The notes under the pieces were generated by a model, which worked only from the letters and a program-made list of their open reading frames with translations, made no database searches and was not told where the DNA came from. Below, piece by piece: positions 26,134-38,092 of a stretch of DNA of 39,653 bases (positions within the stretch are counted from its first letter, which is position 1; each line of letters begins with the position of its first letter). The stretch lies in the NCBI GenBank assembly GCA_002245135.1, contig NGBS01000047.1:1-39653 (forward strand). Reading direction: 5' to 3'. Position numbers and translations under genes: made by a program. The stretch comes from Proteromonas lacertae. Its lineage: Eukaryota.

Positions 26134-27871
26134 ATGGTAAAAGAAAAGAAAAGCACTTCTTCAACTACTATACAACCATCACAATCAAAGGCAACCAAGA
26201 AGAAAGAATATCAGACTAAAACTCCGTTTATGAATACAATTGTCTCATTTTTCACACAACAGCCATCCACTCAAAAGGATAATAAACCTTCCATGATTAT
26301 ACCTCTATCGGATGACGATGATGATTTTGAATCGCCTCCATTATCGCAATCAGGCCTTCAGAACCCTACTGCATCTGAGCATAATAATTTAAATAGTGAA
26401 AGTATAATATAATTCTGTTAATTTAACAAAATAGATGAAGATGATGTCCCTTCATTTGATTTAGGTATTGATTCATTAGTCAGCTCCTTGCAAGAATCAA
26501 TTCCAGAACATTCTCAACAAAAACAAGATTATACTCAAAATCAGCTTCAAACTCCACCTCCACCCTTTTCGGCAGAAAAAGCATTTTCCAATTCAATATC
26601 TCCAGTATATTTCAACGATAGAGAAACACTATCAGACCCTCTGCCTGAATTACAAGATAATAATTCACCTCCCTCTCCAATGAATCTTTCTGTAAGTGAA
26701 CCATCGTCTCCTACACAACATCATAACTCTGTACATACTCTTAGTAGTGGAACTATCCCTTTAACACAAAGATCTTCATTATCTTATAAATTATCATCCT
26801 CAGGGTCAATGCCTAAAACTGATAAAGAGGATGATTCAGAGGATGAGATTATTATATTACCACAATTACCAATTAGTGAATTACCTTCTAAATTCATAAA
26901 TAATAGTGATAATAAATTAAAAGAGAAGAATATTGAAAGTGATGATGATGATGATGATGATATTATACTACCAAAGATAAAAGCAATTACTCCAATGAAA
27001 ATAGTAACAAAATCAAATAACAGTAATAATTTATCTAATACTACAACTGATTCAGATGATGAGATATTATCAATTAATATATCAAACAAAACAAAGATAA
27101 AAACACCTGAAAGAAAAACTAAAACAACAAAAACAAAAACAACACCAGCTACTGTTAAATCGATAACATCAACAGTAATAAAGGAGAATCATAATAAAGA
27201 AGATACAATAACTAAACCAACAATAACTGTAGGAACAACTCTTGTTAAGAGTATTAATAGCAATAGCAATAGTAATAATAATACAGATTCAAATGATTCA
27301 ATAAACAGTATAAAATCACCAAAACCAAAGCCAACAACAACAACAACAACAACTGCAATTAATAAAACCCCTGTAAAACCAATTAATAAAAATAATAATT
27401 CATTATTTCATTCACCTTTTAATACTCACGAATTAACTGATGAAGATATTGATATAACACCTCCACGTAGAAGTCCTTTTAATACGAGATATATTAGTCC
27501 ATTCTTAATGCATAATAATAAATTAGAAAACAATATAAAGTCACCTGTTAAAACATATATTCCCTTGAATATTCATCCAATACCAATAAAGTTAAAAGAG
27601 AATGTGAAAGTGATTGATTTATCTGATAATGATAAAGTAAGTGATACAGATCTGAGTGATTTAAGTGATAATAATGATGATAAAAAGAAAATTAAAATTA
27701 AAAGAGTAATAGATGATGATGAAGATGATGATGATGATTATAGTATAAGTCAGGCAATATTGAATAATAATAATAATAATAATAATAATATTACTTTGAA
27801 GAAACAAAGTTCATTTTTAAAACAATTTAAAGATTCATCTTCGTCTTCAGATAATGAATCTGCTATATCTG

Positions 27872-27914
<43 letters not shown>

Positions 27915-28687
27915 CATATATAGTAATATCAAGTGAAGATGATGATGATGATGAAGATTACAGTGGTAATAAATGGATATGTAGTAATTGTAATAGAGAA
28001 AATAAAGAGAGTAGTAAATATTGTTTGTCATGTAATATACCATTTAATGATCATTGTCTAATTATTGATAATAATAATAATGAAGAGGATGATTATACAT
28101 TTGATGTTACTCATAGTTCAACTATTTCTACATCAATAAAGAATAAAACAAAAGTTAAAACATCATCGTATATATTATTTATTTATATTATTATTATTAG
28201 GTTTATAAGTGCTAGTAAATACAGTGATTATTATAATAATGATAATATTGAATCAGACTCTGAAGATACAAATTACACTACCAAAGCTAAACCAAAATCA
28301 AAACCAAAAACAATATCAAATAATAATTTAAATGAAATAGTATCATTCTATCCAAGTCCCAGTAAAGAATTAAGAGAATTATGTCGACTAAAAATGCCAT
28401 ATTTTAAAAGAATAGATGAAATTTATGGCTTTAATTATATGAACTTATTAAGAGTATCAAAAAGAAGCAGACAATCTGATATTATATCTACCTCTAGGAA
28501 TAACAAAAGAAGTAAATTGAGTAGTAGTAGTAGTAAATGTGTTTTTCCTTCATTAGGTGAAGATAATGACGAAGAAGAAGAAGAAGAAGAAGAAGAAGAA
28601 GAAGAAGAAGATAGGAGTAAAAAGAAAAAGACAAATGCAAAGAAAAAATGGAATTATAAAAGGAAATACTATAGAAAGAAGAAATAA
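26134..28687 (+). CDS. Low-complexity S/T/D/K-rich protein with a RanBP2-type zinc finger and basic C-terminus, 4 exons
   Basis: Introns near 26402-26433, 27875-27923 and 28169-28200 join the ORFs. 27974-28033 encodes WICSNCNRENKESSKYCLSC = W-x-C-x2-C-x3-N-x6-C-x2-C. Poly-Glu then KKKWNYKRKYYRKKK*. Confidence 0.75.
27876..27909. repeat. Intronic (TA)n microsatellite
   Basis: Uninterrupted tatata run inside a GT-AG intron; similar runs at ~9150, 18527, 19289, 20202, 24849, 34090, 36096. Confidence 0.9.
28571..28610 (+). repeat. Coding (GAA)n microsatellite (poly-Glu)
   Basis: About 13 consecutive gaa units. Confidence 0.9.
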
Positions 28688-28797
28688 TCATAGTTGATAA
28701 TAATAATAATATATGTGTTAAAAATGTAATATTTATATATTCTGTGATTTTATATTTCTTATTTATTTAGGATTTTAAATAAACAATTATAAACATT

Positions 28798-29943
28798 TCA
28801 TGATAATAATAATAATATAAATTGATATTCTATAACCACATAATCCTTTCTTAACGAGTCTTCTTTCTTTTGGTTACATTCTTGCTTATATCTCCTACAT
28901 TTTTTCTTTTTATCTCCTTTTATTTCTTCAATTTCTTCTTGTAATTTCTCAATCATTTTCTTCAACAATATTTCTTTACATTTCTCTTCATATACTTCAT
29001 TTCTTGTTAGTTTTTCTGAATACTCACTATCTGTCAACATATATAAAAAATCTATAAATAATATAATTCAATAAATACCTTTATCAGTAGATCCTTCATA
29101 ATTATTCCAATATACATTATAATAATTGTGAAGTATTTCTATTTATATTAATTCATATATAATATACCTCCAAAATTCTTAATTATTGTTTCATAATCAT
29201 CATTTTCATCCACTTTTTTACTTTTTTCTATTACTTTGTCATAATCATCTTCATTTTCAAAAGTTTTTGAATAAATATCTAAAACAATTTTGATTATATT
29301 TCTTTTATCAATTTTTTCACCTTCAGCTTTTTCAATTTTATCTTTTTTATCATCCAATAAGTATGAACAATAATCTGATAAAATGAAGTTGTTTGTTTCA
29401 CCAAATATGTTTGAATGACAAATATTTCCATGATAATAACCTTTCTTATGAATAACTTTTAATCCATCAAGTAATTGTTTAAGGAATTCATCAATATCTA
29501 TTCTGCTGCTTCTCATGTTTTCATTTTTGCTTTCATTGACTTTCTTTTCTTCAATTGTTTCATTTACTACTCATCGCAATACTGAACTACATCTCAAATA
29601 ATTAAAATCATAATCTTTCAATGATCCATAATATTCTGGAATTACAAGATATATATATCCGTTCTCTTCGTTTATTAAACTATATTTCATTAAACTTTTA
29701 GTCTTTATCTTATTCAATTTTCTTAAAGCTTCTAAATATTTCTCAATATTGTTCTTTTTACATGATTTTACATCTATTACTTTCATTATTGCATTTCCGG
29801 TTTTTTTTAAGTTCTTAACCTTGAATATGTAAGTTTGATTTTCTTCTTTTATACAGTCAATTACCTATTAATTAATAGCTTATCTATACATCATATTTAG
29901 GTTTAATATATGATAAAAAATCATAATCTAATGAACCACTCAT
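28798..29943 (-). CDS. Degenerate, C-lobe-truncated pseudokinase, about 5 exons
   Basis: N-lobe (AIMKVIDVK; YIYLVIPEYYGSLKDY), QLLDGLKVIHKKGYYHGNICHSNIF (no HRD Asp), LSDYCSYLL for DFG; no APE/DVW. Needs a 24-nt GTAG-start intron at 29567-29590 for continuity. Confidence 0.65.
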
Positions 29944-30311
29944 AATGTATCGAGAATTAGAGACAAAAAGAATAAATGGCTTGAGAATGAAAGCTTGAAA
30001 TATCAAACATGCTTGATACAAGTTTGATAATGATTTTTAAATTCTTTTGTAGATGTTGTAATGACTTCAATATTCCTGTATAATACTATATTATTATTAA
30101 CTATTTATTTTTCTACCGAATAGATTAATGAAAGAGCAGAAAAAAACGAAAATGAAATATATTTAAAAGTACAAAATGAAAAGTAATATAAATGTCAATA
30201 TCAGTAATGGAAAATCAAATGAATTTGGTAGTATTGAATAACAAAACACAACATGTAAGTATTTTCAAGATTGTTACAATATATAATATATATATATTAT
30301 ATTCATTCATT

Positions 30312-31518
30312 TTACTTTTGAGTTAATACATAATCATTATAATATTCTCTTGGGAATCTAACTTTGGAATAATCTAAGTTTTTGAAATATTCGATTGTTT
30401 TTGTTAAACCTTCATCCAATGGAATCTTTGGTTCCCATCCTAATAATGTCTTCGCTTTGGTAATATCAGGACGTCTTTTGGTTGGATCATCAGTTGGTAG
30501 TGGTTTGTAAATTATTTTACTTTTACTGTTGGTTTTCTTAATTACTATCTCAGCTAATTCTTTGATTGTGAATTCACCAGGATTTCCCATGTTAAATGGA
30601 CCTATCTCAGTATTATTGTTCATAGTCTTTACTAAACCAATTATTAAGTCATCAATATATTGGAAAGATCTGGTTTGACTTCCATCACCATATACTGTTA
30701 TATCTTTATTATGTAACGCCTATATTTTTAGTATAATATATAAATACTTGACAAACAAAGTTACTTATCACTCTTCCATCATAAGGATGCATATTTGGAC
30801 CATAAGTGTTGAATATTCTAACAACTCGAATTTCTACACCATATACACGATTATAATCAAATGTGATAGTTTCAGAGGCTCTTTTACCCTCATCATAACA
30901 ACTTCTTGGACCATCACAGTTTACATTACCTCTGTAAGATTCTACTTGAGGATGAACTTCAGGATCACCATATACTTCACTGGTGGAAGTAAGTAAGAAA
31001 CGAGCGTGGTTTTTACGGGCTAATTCTAAAAAGTTCATTGTTCCAAGAACTGCACTTTGGAATGTCTTGATTGGATCAGATTGGTAGTGGATTGGAGCAG
31101 CTGGTACTGCTAATAAATAGATTTGATCACATTCTAAGTCAATTGGTTCTCTCACATCATGACGGATTAATTCAAAGTTAGGTTACACTAACATTAAGAA
31201 AATTAGTTAATAGAGTGAGTTAAAATGATATATTATCTAACAAATCTTTTACATTTTCTTTTGTTCCTGTAACAAAACTATCCAAACACATAACATCATG
31301 ACCCTATAAAATATTCAGCTAATCATACTTGGTTGAGCAAATACTTGCATAAATGTGAGCCTACAAAGCCTGCACCACCTGCTACAAGTATTCTCATTTT
31401 TCTTTGTTCAACATGATCATCTATTTCAGTATAAAAAGATAAAAATACTAATAAATGCTTTTTGCTTTAAGAGAGGATCATTTGGATCTATTTCTTGTGG
31501 AGCTCTTGGTGTTGACAT
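30312..31518 (-). CDS. UXS1: UDP-glucuronate decarboxylase (UDP-xylose synthase), soluble type, 5 exons
   Basis: [98 protein letters not shown]. No N-terminal TM anchor. Confidence 0.96.
31183..31231 (-). other. Minor (U12)-type intron, ATATCATTTT...TTTCTTAAT...GTAA|C
   Basis: Removing these 49 nt restores the conserved [16 protein letters not shown] found no GT-AG pair that does. 5' end resembles ATATCCTTT and a TTCCTTAAC-like branch site lies ~11 nt from the 3' end. Confidence 0.8.
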
Positions 31519-31684
31519 GGATTTATGTTAAGATTTAGGTAAATAAAATAGAAAATGGCTCTCCAAAAGTAAAATGAAAATATGAATGAAAAGTCTAATT
31601 AAATTCAAAATAGTTTATTTCAAAAATTTGGCCATTTTTCGAACACCCAAAAAACTAGTTGTTATAGTTTTTAGTTTGAGTTTT

Positions 31685-34600
31685 ATGAACCAAGGGCAAC
31701 AGAGTTTTTCACAGACTCCCTCTTTTCCTGCTAATGGTGTATTTGCAAATCAAGCAACAGTATATTTGTCTTTTCACTCTCTTCATAGAGTGTTGAAAGA
31801 ACTGTAACTAACTACAGTGAACCATCCACCAATAAGTATTAATGGTAATTATTTTATTTAATAGTCAATCTTTACTAATGGCAATAGAACAACTAAAATC
31901 AGAATTAAGAAGTAAAACAGAGAAAATATCAGAATACAAAAATCTTAACAAAACCCTATCAGTTGATTTAGAAACAACAAAAAGGGAAAAGGAGTGGGAC
32001 AATAGAGAAAAAGAAGTATTAAGACATTTTTATTCTTATCTATTAAATAGAGATATAAAAAAGAAATAGAATCACTAAAGAAAGAATTGAATGATACAAA
32101 ACAACTGCATTCATCTTTAGAACAAGACGTAATGAGACAACATGATGTATATTTATATATTATTTACACTTTTATTTCTCTATAATTTAGGCTGTAAAAC
32201 AAATATCAAATCAAGCTAAAACTACAATAATGCAATCAAATGAATCAATTAGACAATATTCAACAGAATTATCCAATTTAAAGAAAGATATTGAAAGATA
32301 TCAAAATCAAATAGCTTCTCTAGAAAAAGAGAATTATCAATTAGTATAAAACCACTTTTTTTAAACTAATAATAATATATAGAATCCAATCAATAGAAAA
32401 GGCGGAAAAAGAAAAACAAGATATCCAATCAAAAATCCAATCAACAGAAAGAGAAGTTAAAGACAGAATAAAAAAGAAATTAAATATTACAATATCATCA
32501 CAAGAATCAGAATTACAAAGACTTCGTAATGATTTAATAGAAAAAGAAAGACAAATTGATCATTTAAACTATGAATTAAGGTCAAAGAATGATTCAGCAT
32601 CTACTGCGGCTAATACTACCAATTCCAATAGTTATTTAATTCCTCCTCAGATACAACAATTACAGTCAGCTCAATTGGATTATCAGAATAAATTTATAGA
32701 AGCTGAGAAGAAGCAAATAAGATTAGAACATGAAATAGAAATGAATAAAATATTGAAAGATGAAGCAGATAAAAAGATAACAGAATTAAGTCAGAATATA
32801 AAAAACATTCAAAATGATTATACAAAACTGAAGGATAAATATGCTCAATTGAAATATCAATATTTTGGAGAACAAAAATCACAAAGTACAAAATTAGTAG
32901 AATATGAAAATCAAATTAAATATTTACAGAATCAATTAACAGTGATGGAAACAGCTCATTCTCAAAAGATAAGTGAAATTCAACAATCTTATTCAAGTTT
33001 AGATGTTTTAAAAACGCAATATCCTGATTTATATATTCAATCTCAAACACTAATATCACAAAATGAAGAGATAAAATCACAATTGCAAGTAAAAGATCAG
33101 ACAATAAATACACTAAACCAAAAGGTTGAGAATTTGAAGAATAATTATGGAAATACAATTGAAGAATTGAGTAGAAAAATTAGAGATCAAGATGATATGA
33201 TAGATAAATATAGAAAAGAAATAAATGAAAAAGAGAATCAAATACAAACAAATAATAAGAAAGTGAATGAATTATCACAAGTAACAGAAAAAGTATGTAT
33301 TATTATTATTTTTATTATTAGACAAAACAATCAGCAGATGATCTTCAACAGCAATTAGAAACAGCTTTAAGAGCTTTAAATGATTCACAGAATGAATATC
33401 AAAGAAATGTACAGAAATATATTGATGATATAAACATGTTACAGAATCAATTAGAGATGACTAAACAAGAGAATATTAGATTAGATAATACAGTGAAAGA
33501 AATGTATTCTACATCCAACGAAGCAGTTCAAAAACAAGTTGATTATATAAATATAATAAAAGAAAAAGATGAAGAAATAGAGAAGTTAAAAGAACAAATT
33601 CGAATATTGGAAATCAAATTAGATGGATTTAGAAATGTTGATATACTTCAATCTAATTATGAAACAGTAAGTAAAGACTTGAATGAAAGTAAACAACAAA
33701 TAATGAAGTTAAGTGCAGATAATACTCAATTATCTGAAGAATTAAAGAAAGTGAAGAATAATTATTCAACCCAAAAACATATTTCAATGAAATTAGATAA
33801 AGAATTATCACTAACAAAAAAAGAATTGGATAATTCTAAACAAAACCAAAATCAGTTGATAATTAACTGTACACAACTGAAAGTATTGAAGAATATATAT
33901 ATAATTATATATAATTATAATTTAATAGAATCAATTAGATACATTATCATATGATGCATCTTTTGCTACAGAATCAAAAAACACATTGGCCAATAGTTTA
34001 ATAGAACATAAGGAATAAGTTACAAGAATATGAATCACAATTAAGTGTACTACAAAATGAAAATCAATCATTAAGAGTATTATCATGTTATATATATATA
34101 TATATATATATATCATAATAATAATATGAATAGAATCAAGTAAATACACTCTCTACAGATTTAAAAATCACTGAAGAAAATAAAAATACATTAGCCAATA
34201 GTCTTATTGAACATAAATCCAAAATATCAGAATATGAGACACAATTACATCATTTATCATTAGATAATGAAACACTGAAAAATACACTGAATAATTTGAA
34301 TAATGATACACAATTGGCTATTGAAACAAAGAATGTATTATCTGTATATTATAGTATTATTGTATATTATTAGAATAGTTTAAGAGAGAATGAAAGTACT
34401 TTAAGAGAATATGATAGTAAATTGAAACAATTAATGTCAGAAAATGAATCTTTAAAAGTATATATATATTCATATATGTAATAAATTAAAATATAGAATG
34501 AAAATGAGAATATGAGAATCCAATTAAAGTTTGAATCATCTCGAGCCAGCAGATTAGAGAATGAAACATCACAAACACAACAACAAGTACAACAATTACG

Positions 34601-35761
34601 ATCTCAATTACTTAATAATGCAGTCAGTCCAATGAAGTTGTCAAATATGGAAAGAGAATTGAATCAATATAAAGAAGAATGTCGAAGTGTATATAGTCAA
34701 CTGAATAATTTACAACATGAGAATTCAGATTTGAAATTGTATAAAAAGAGATATGATTTGTTAGATTCTCAATATAAATCACTACAGTATATATATTGCT
34801 CTGTTTATATATTTTTTTAAATAGAAATACTCATGAAAAATCAGAAAGACAGTTGAGAGAACAAGTAAAAATATATCAAAATAGATCGAGAGAATTAGAA
34901 GTATGTATTTATAACTGTCTTTCTATATATAAATATATATTTAAAACTTTATATTCTTCTTTCTTTTTTTCCGTCTAGAAACATTACAGTTGTACAATTA
35001 ATATAAAATAGCTTCATCTTTTAATTCTAACTAATTTTTATTATAATATTTATTTATATATATTTTATTTTTTATAGGATGCTTTAAATACATCACAAAT
35101 TGACAATAAAATAACTGAAATGAGAAAAGATAATTTGAATTACTATAATAAACTATCTAATATTAGTTCAATTAAACCTAATATTACTGCTACATCTTCA
35201 TCCTACATTACTCACAACTCAAACACTTTTAGCAATTCAAATCCAACCATTTCTCCTCTTAAAATTGAACAGTGGTTAAGAGAAGTGGAAAGTACAATTG
35301 AACAGATAAAATGTGATGTGAATGATCCAAATTATTCAAATCTCTCATTATTAGCCAATAGAATAACAGATTTAGAATCTAAAATTATATTAATGCTTCA
35401 CGAAATATATAAAAACAATGATAATAGTTTGTCAAATAATGGATTAGAGAATAAACTTCAAAATATGCAAAAACTTATTGAGAATATAAGAGAAGAGATG
35501 AAATCAGTATATTTATAATTAATGTTATTAATTAATTTATAGAAGGTTGTATATAAATCAAATATTCAATCTCCTTCAAACGATATTAAGCATTTATCTC
35601 AAAGGCTGTATAATATTCACGAAACAGTTGCTGATATGCAAAGTAGGTTAAGAAAAAACCCACTATCAACAGGAAGAGTGTCTTTTTCGGATTATACTCC
35701 CAAATCATCATATTTAGATAATTCAGTTAGTCGTTCTTTAAATACTAATGATTTAATGTAA
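31685..35761 (+). CDS. Long coiled-coil protein, >12 short introns
   Basis: E/K/Q/L heptad-rich exons joined by GTAT..TAG introns from MNQGQQSF to ...SLNTNDLM*; one apparent extra G at ~34012. Confidence 0.75.
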
Positions 35762-35925
35762 ATATTTATTTGTTTATGGTTTTAAATGGCTTTAGAAAGG
35801 AATAGCAACACAAATATGCTAAATTGGTAAGAATTTGAAGAAGTTGGATTAAATAAAGAGTATTATCATATTTTGCTTCTAACAGTGTGATTTAATCAAC
35901 ATTTAAATAAAATCATACATCTAAA

Positions 35926-37665
35926 TCAATTATCTATTCTATTAAGAATCTCAAAACAATCCTATTATTATAAATAAATAATAACCATAAAGATATTATA
36001 CTGCGAATGTAATCAAATTTTTAAATTGAATAGACTTTGTTATAGCTATTCTTTTAGTAATTACAATCAAATCAATCTAAATTATATTACTCTTCATATA
36101 TATATATATATATACCAATATTTTCTTGATTTTCCCAACTATTGGTGTATATTTATTTTCTTCTTCACAATTCATTAAAAAAAACTATTAGAAAATATAA
36201 AATAAAAATATAATGATTATACTGTTATTTGAATATTGTTAGTATCTGATAAATTTGATATATAAGTAGTATATTGTTCTATATCTTCTAATTGCTTTTT
36301 ATTTTTGGTATTTTTATTTTTTAATTCATCTATTTCCTTTTTTAAATAATCAATTAATAAATTCAAATTATTGACAATTATGTTTAATTTGTCAATTTCC
36401 TTTTTATATTCAGATATATCTCTTTCATATTCTGATCTATTCGAATCAGATGTGTTTTCTGCTTTTAGCTTAATATTTTCATCTCTCAAAATTTCGTTTT
36501 CACTTCTTAATTTTTCAATTTCATCTTCTTTTGAAATTATTATTTCATTCAGTTGTTGGTTGTTTTCAGTATTTCTTGTTAAGTCATCAACTATTCTTTT
36601 CAACTCTGTATATTCTTTCTGCAATTCTTCATTTTCATTATCTTTCATTAAATATTGATTTGTCTTATTTGTGGCAATATTTTCAAACTCTACACAATCG
36701 CTTTGAATTTTCTTCAATTTTTTCAATAATTCCTTCATTTTTTTATCATATTCTAAACATTTTTCTCGAAACTTCTTATGTTTTATTTCATCAAATTTAT
36801 CTCCTAAAAAATATCTTAAATCGCTTTCTAAAGATTCAACATAATTAGTGAGATTATCATTTTGCTTTTTTATTTCATTAATTAAATTGGATAAAACTGT
36901 GTAATTTAAATTTAATGAACGATGTCTACTGCTAATATCTTTATATTTTTCTTCCATTGAATCTCTTTCGTTTTTAATAACCTCAAATTCACTTTTCATA
37001 CTTTTATTTTCCTCTTCGATTTCAATCAATATTTTAGTCATATTGCTATTTTTTTCTTCTAATGAAGCATTATCTTCTTCAAGTGATTTATTCTTATTTG
37101 TTAATTCTTCTCTTTCATTAACTATCATATCTCTTTCTTTTTTCAATTGTATATTGATACTTTCTTTTTCTTTATTAATTTTATCTATTTGGCTTCTTAG
37201 ATCACTGAATTTCATAATTTAATGCATTATTCTCTTTTTTAGCTATATCCCTTTCATTAGCCATCATTTTATTTTCTGTTTCACATTCATCATTTCTCTT
37301 TGCTAGAATTCTATTCTCTTCTTCCAATGAACTTATTTTTTGGTTTAACTCTTCATTTTGATCTTTTAAGGTACCATTTTGAATATTTAACATAGTTATT
37401 TTCTGTCCAGATTCTTTATATGCATCTGTTATTTTATTATTCAGTTCTTCTTTTTCTTTACTTAATGAAGTATTTTCTTTTCTAACTGATTCTAATTCTT
37501 GAATTATGCTATCTTTTTCTTTTGATATTTCTTGAACATTGACTTTCAACTCTATTTTTTCTTCATTACTTTGATTCAGCTGTTTTTTCAAATCATTTAA
37601 CTCATTTTCCAAATCCTCCTTGGTTTTATCTAGATCCTCTTTTTACTATTCAATTCATCCTCCAT
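35926..37665 (-). CDS. Coiled-coil protein of a local gene family (paralog A); frameshifts at ~37640 and ~37215
   Basis: MEDELNS start, ORFs 37202-37612 and 36217-37215, then three short exons FFLMNCEEEN.../IDLIVITKRIA.../DCFEILNRIDN*. Confidence 0.6.
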
Positions 37666-38092
37666 TTCATTAAAAAATGATTATTGTACTTCAAGTCAAG
37701 CTTTTTATTCAAAATACATTTCAATTTTTGCTTTTTGGTGTTATATATTTACTATTTATTTATGTAACATAAAATTAGTAGTTATATTCTATAAATTATA
37801 TCAGTTTTAAAAATACAAATTAATAGATGTTATCTCAACAACCAATATACCTTTTCGCTAGTCACTGTAAATAAGTATATAGTTGATGTACAGTATATTT
37901 GTAAGAATTACAGAATATTTATTTCTTCAATTTTTTTTCTGATTTGCCTTTTTATTTAATGGTTTATAAGAATAATAATATAGATTAAATATGAAATATA
38001 TAAATTGTTATAAGTATAATATAATAAATGAAATATAATAGAATTTTAATCTTCTCTTGATTTAGTTGACTGTTTCTAATACCTTTAAAGGT

